From Piromyces finnis finn (taxonomy: Eukaryota > Fungi > Neocallimastigomycota): a stretch of 64,000 nt of DNA. The notes below the pieces were generated by a model. The model was not told the origin of the DNA, did not search any database, and worked only from the letters and a program-made list of their open reading frames with translations. Below are positions 62,701-64,000 of this stretch, piece after piece; the first letter of the stretch is position 1; each line of letters starts with the position of its first letter. The translations under genes and the position numbers were made by a program. The stretch lies in the NCBI GenBank assembly GCA_002104945.1, contig MCFH01000014.1, forward strand, positions 682,001 through 746,000, read 5' to 3'.

Positions 62701-62923
62701 TTGAGGATTGATTAGTAGTACAAAACTTGTTCGACACTGCTTTTTGCAGAACGCGTCTGAATAACTTTTGTATTGTTAGATATACTAAAATTATCTTTTA
62801 TAAATAATTAAAAAAAAAAAAAAAAAAAAAAATTACTTACTTGAAATAGTAGTAAGAAAACATTTTATTTATTTTAGTAAGTTGGAGGGTTTAATTAGTG
62901 AATTTGAAAATTTGAATTTGGAA

Positions 62924-64000
62924 ATGGGTGATAGGAATGTGGGTGTTTCCGGGAACTCGGGGAACATTATTAATGCTCCACCGATATTCTCTGGTAAACA
63001 ACGTGAATTAGATGGATTTTTAACTAGAGTGGAGTTGGTATTTCGTACTCGACCGACACTGTACAATACAGATCGAGTCAAGGTCGACTTTGTTATATCA
63101 TACTTCTCTGGTAAACCTTTGGAATGGGCTTCAGTGTTGATGAAGAATAATAGTGGGGTTTTAAACCATTATGATGAATTTGTAGATAGGTTGAAGGCTA
63201 ATTTTGGCAGTTATAGATACGATACCGTTGTAGCTAACGGAAAATTAGATAATCTTCGCCAAAGGAAACTTGGTCAGGTATTAGATTACATTACCGAGTT
63301 TCAACGTATTAGCCAAAATTCAAGCTTTAATGATAGCGCAAAAATCTACATGTTTCTGAAAGGTTTATTACCACCACTTAGGGAGAAGTTGGCTTTCATT
63401 GAATCAAACCCAACTTCAATTGAACAATTGATTTCTTCAACTATTTTAGTTGAAGATATGATGAAAAGGAATTCTTTAAGTGAATTTTATTTTAATGGTA
63501 GAAGGGCTAATGATCCTATGGATGTGGATGTATTTAAAATTAGTAGAGAGAATAAACGAAAAAGGTATGTGAATATTCAAGGATCAAGTAAAAATTACAA
63601 TGAAAACATAGATAACTTTGAAGAAGAAAAGAAAAAAGGGTTATGTTTTCTTTGTAAACAACCGGGACATTTAAAATTTAATTGTCCTAATAGAGTAAAG
63701 CCCAGAAAAGTGTTAAGAATTGTTAAAGAAAGGACTCCAAAAATTGTTAATCCAAAAATTTACAAAGTTGGAGTCAAGGGAGTGAAAAGTGATTTAAACC
63801 TTGTGGACTTTTACTTGAGTACCAATGAAGTTTCGGAAGTTAAAATTAAGGTTTTAATTGATTCCGGTTCTGAATTAAATTTCATTAATCCAAGTCTTGC
63901 TGAAGAACTTGGTATTAATTTGGAAAAAGTGGAACCATTCCGTGTTTCAGGTGTTAGTGATGGAGTTGTTAGTGTTTGGGAAAGGACTGAGAAGTGCATG
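62924..64000 (+). CDS. Gag-protease, N-terminal 359 aa of a gag-pol ORF (partial)
   Basis: My translation is open to the window end: PPIFSGKQRELDGFLTRVELVF, DPMDVD, CFLCKQPGHLKFNC, VLIDSGSELNF. Absent from the ORF track because there is no stop inside the window. Confidence 0.9.
   Translation, partial: MGDRNVGVSGNSGNIINAPPIFSGKQRELDGFLTRVELVFRTRPTLYNTDRVKVDFVISYFSGKPLEWASVLMKNNSGVLNHYDEFVDRLKANFGSYRYDTVVANGKLDNLRQRKLGQVLDYITEFQRISQNSSFNDSAKIYMFLKGLLPPLREKLAFIESNPTSIEQLISSTILVEDMMKRNSLSEFYFNGRRANDPMDVDVFKISRENKRKRYVNIQGSSKNYNENIDNFEEEKKKGLCFLCKQPGHLKFNCPNRVKPRKVLRIVKERTPKIVNPKIYKVGVKGVKSDLNLVDFYLSTNEVSEVKIKVLIDSGSELNFINPSLAEELGINLEKVEPFRVSGVSDGVVSVWERTEKCM

Larger units (their letters stand above)
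61911..64000 (+). mobile_element. Second apparently intact Ty3/Gypsy element (family B): 5' LTR, leader and start of gag-pol; continues beyond the window
   Basis: LTR 61911-62514 (TGTAAAG...CATTACA); self-complementary PBS at 62515-62525; open frame from 62924 to the window end. Confidence 0.88.

Overview
Extremely AT-rich eukaryotic DNA with short GT-AG introns. An anaerobic gut fungus (Neocallimastigomycota) is the most likely source; this is inferred from the composition, CBM18 repeats, a bacterial-type Fe-ADH and a flagellar CYB5D1 gene. 1-23 kb holds host genes: two tandem copies of an intronless bacterial-type iron-containing alcohol dehydrogenase, a ~1081-aa TPR protein split by a microsatellite-filled intron, an Alb1-like ribosome biogenesis gene, CYB5D1, and a secreted phospholipase A2-like protein fused to four chitin-binding CBM18 modules. 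26-40.5 kb is a patchy inverted duplication carrying two convergent RCC1-repeat paralogues with a ~776-bp gene-conversion tract. One repeat copy carries a ~535-bp poly(A)-tailed, TSD-flanked insertion with a tRNA-like head (candidate fungal SINE), and two empty sites are visible in the window. 43-64 kb is a nest of Ty3/Gypsy elements: two decayed hosts, several solo or partial LTRs, one intact young chromovirus (50875-57390) and the start of a second apparently intact element (61911 to the window end). Both young elements show Tf1-type self-priming PBSs rather than tRNA PBSs, and the chromovirus LTR carries a tRNA-Gln-like A-box/B-box cassette in U3. All comparisons were made by eye; no searches were run.
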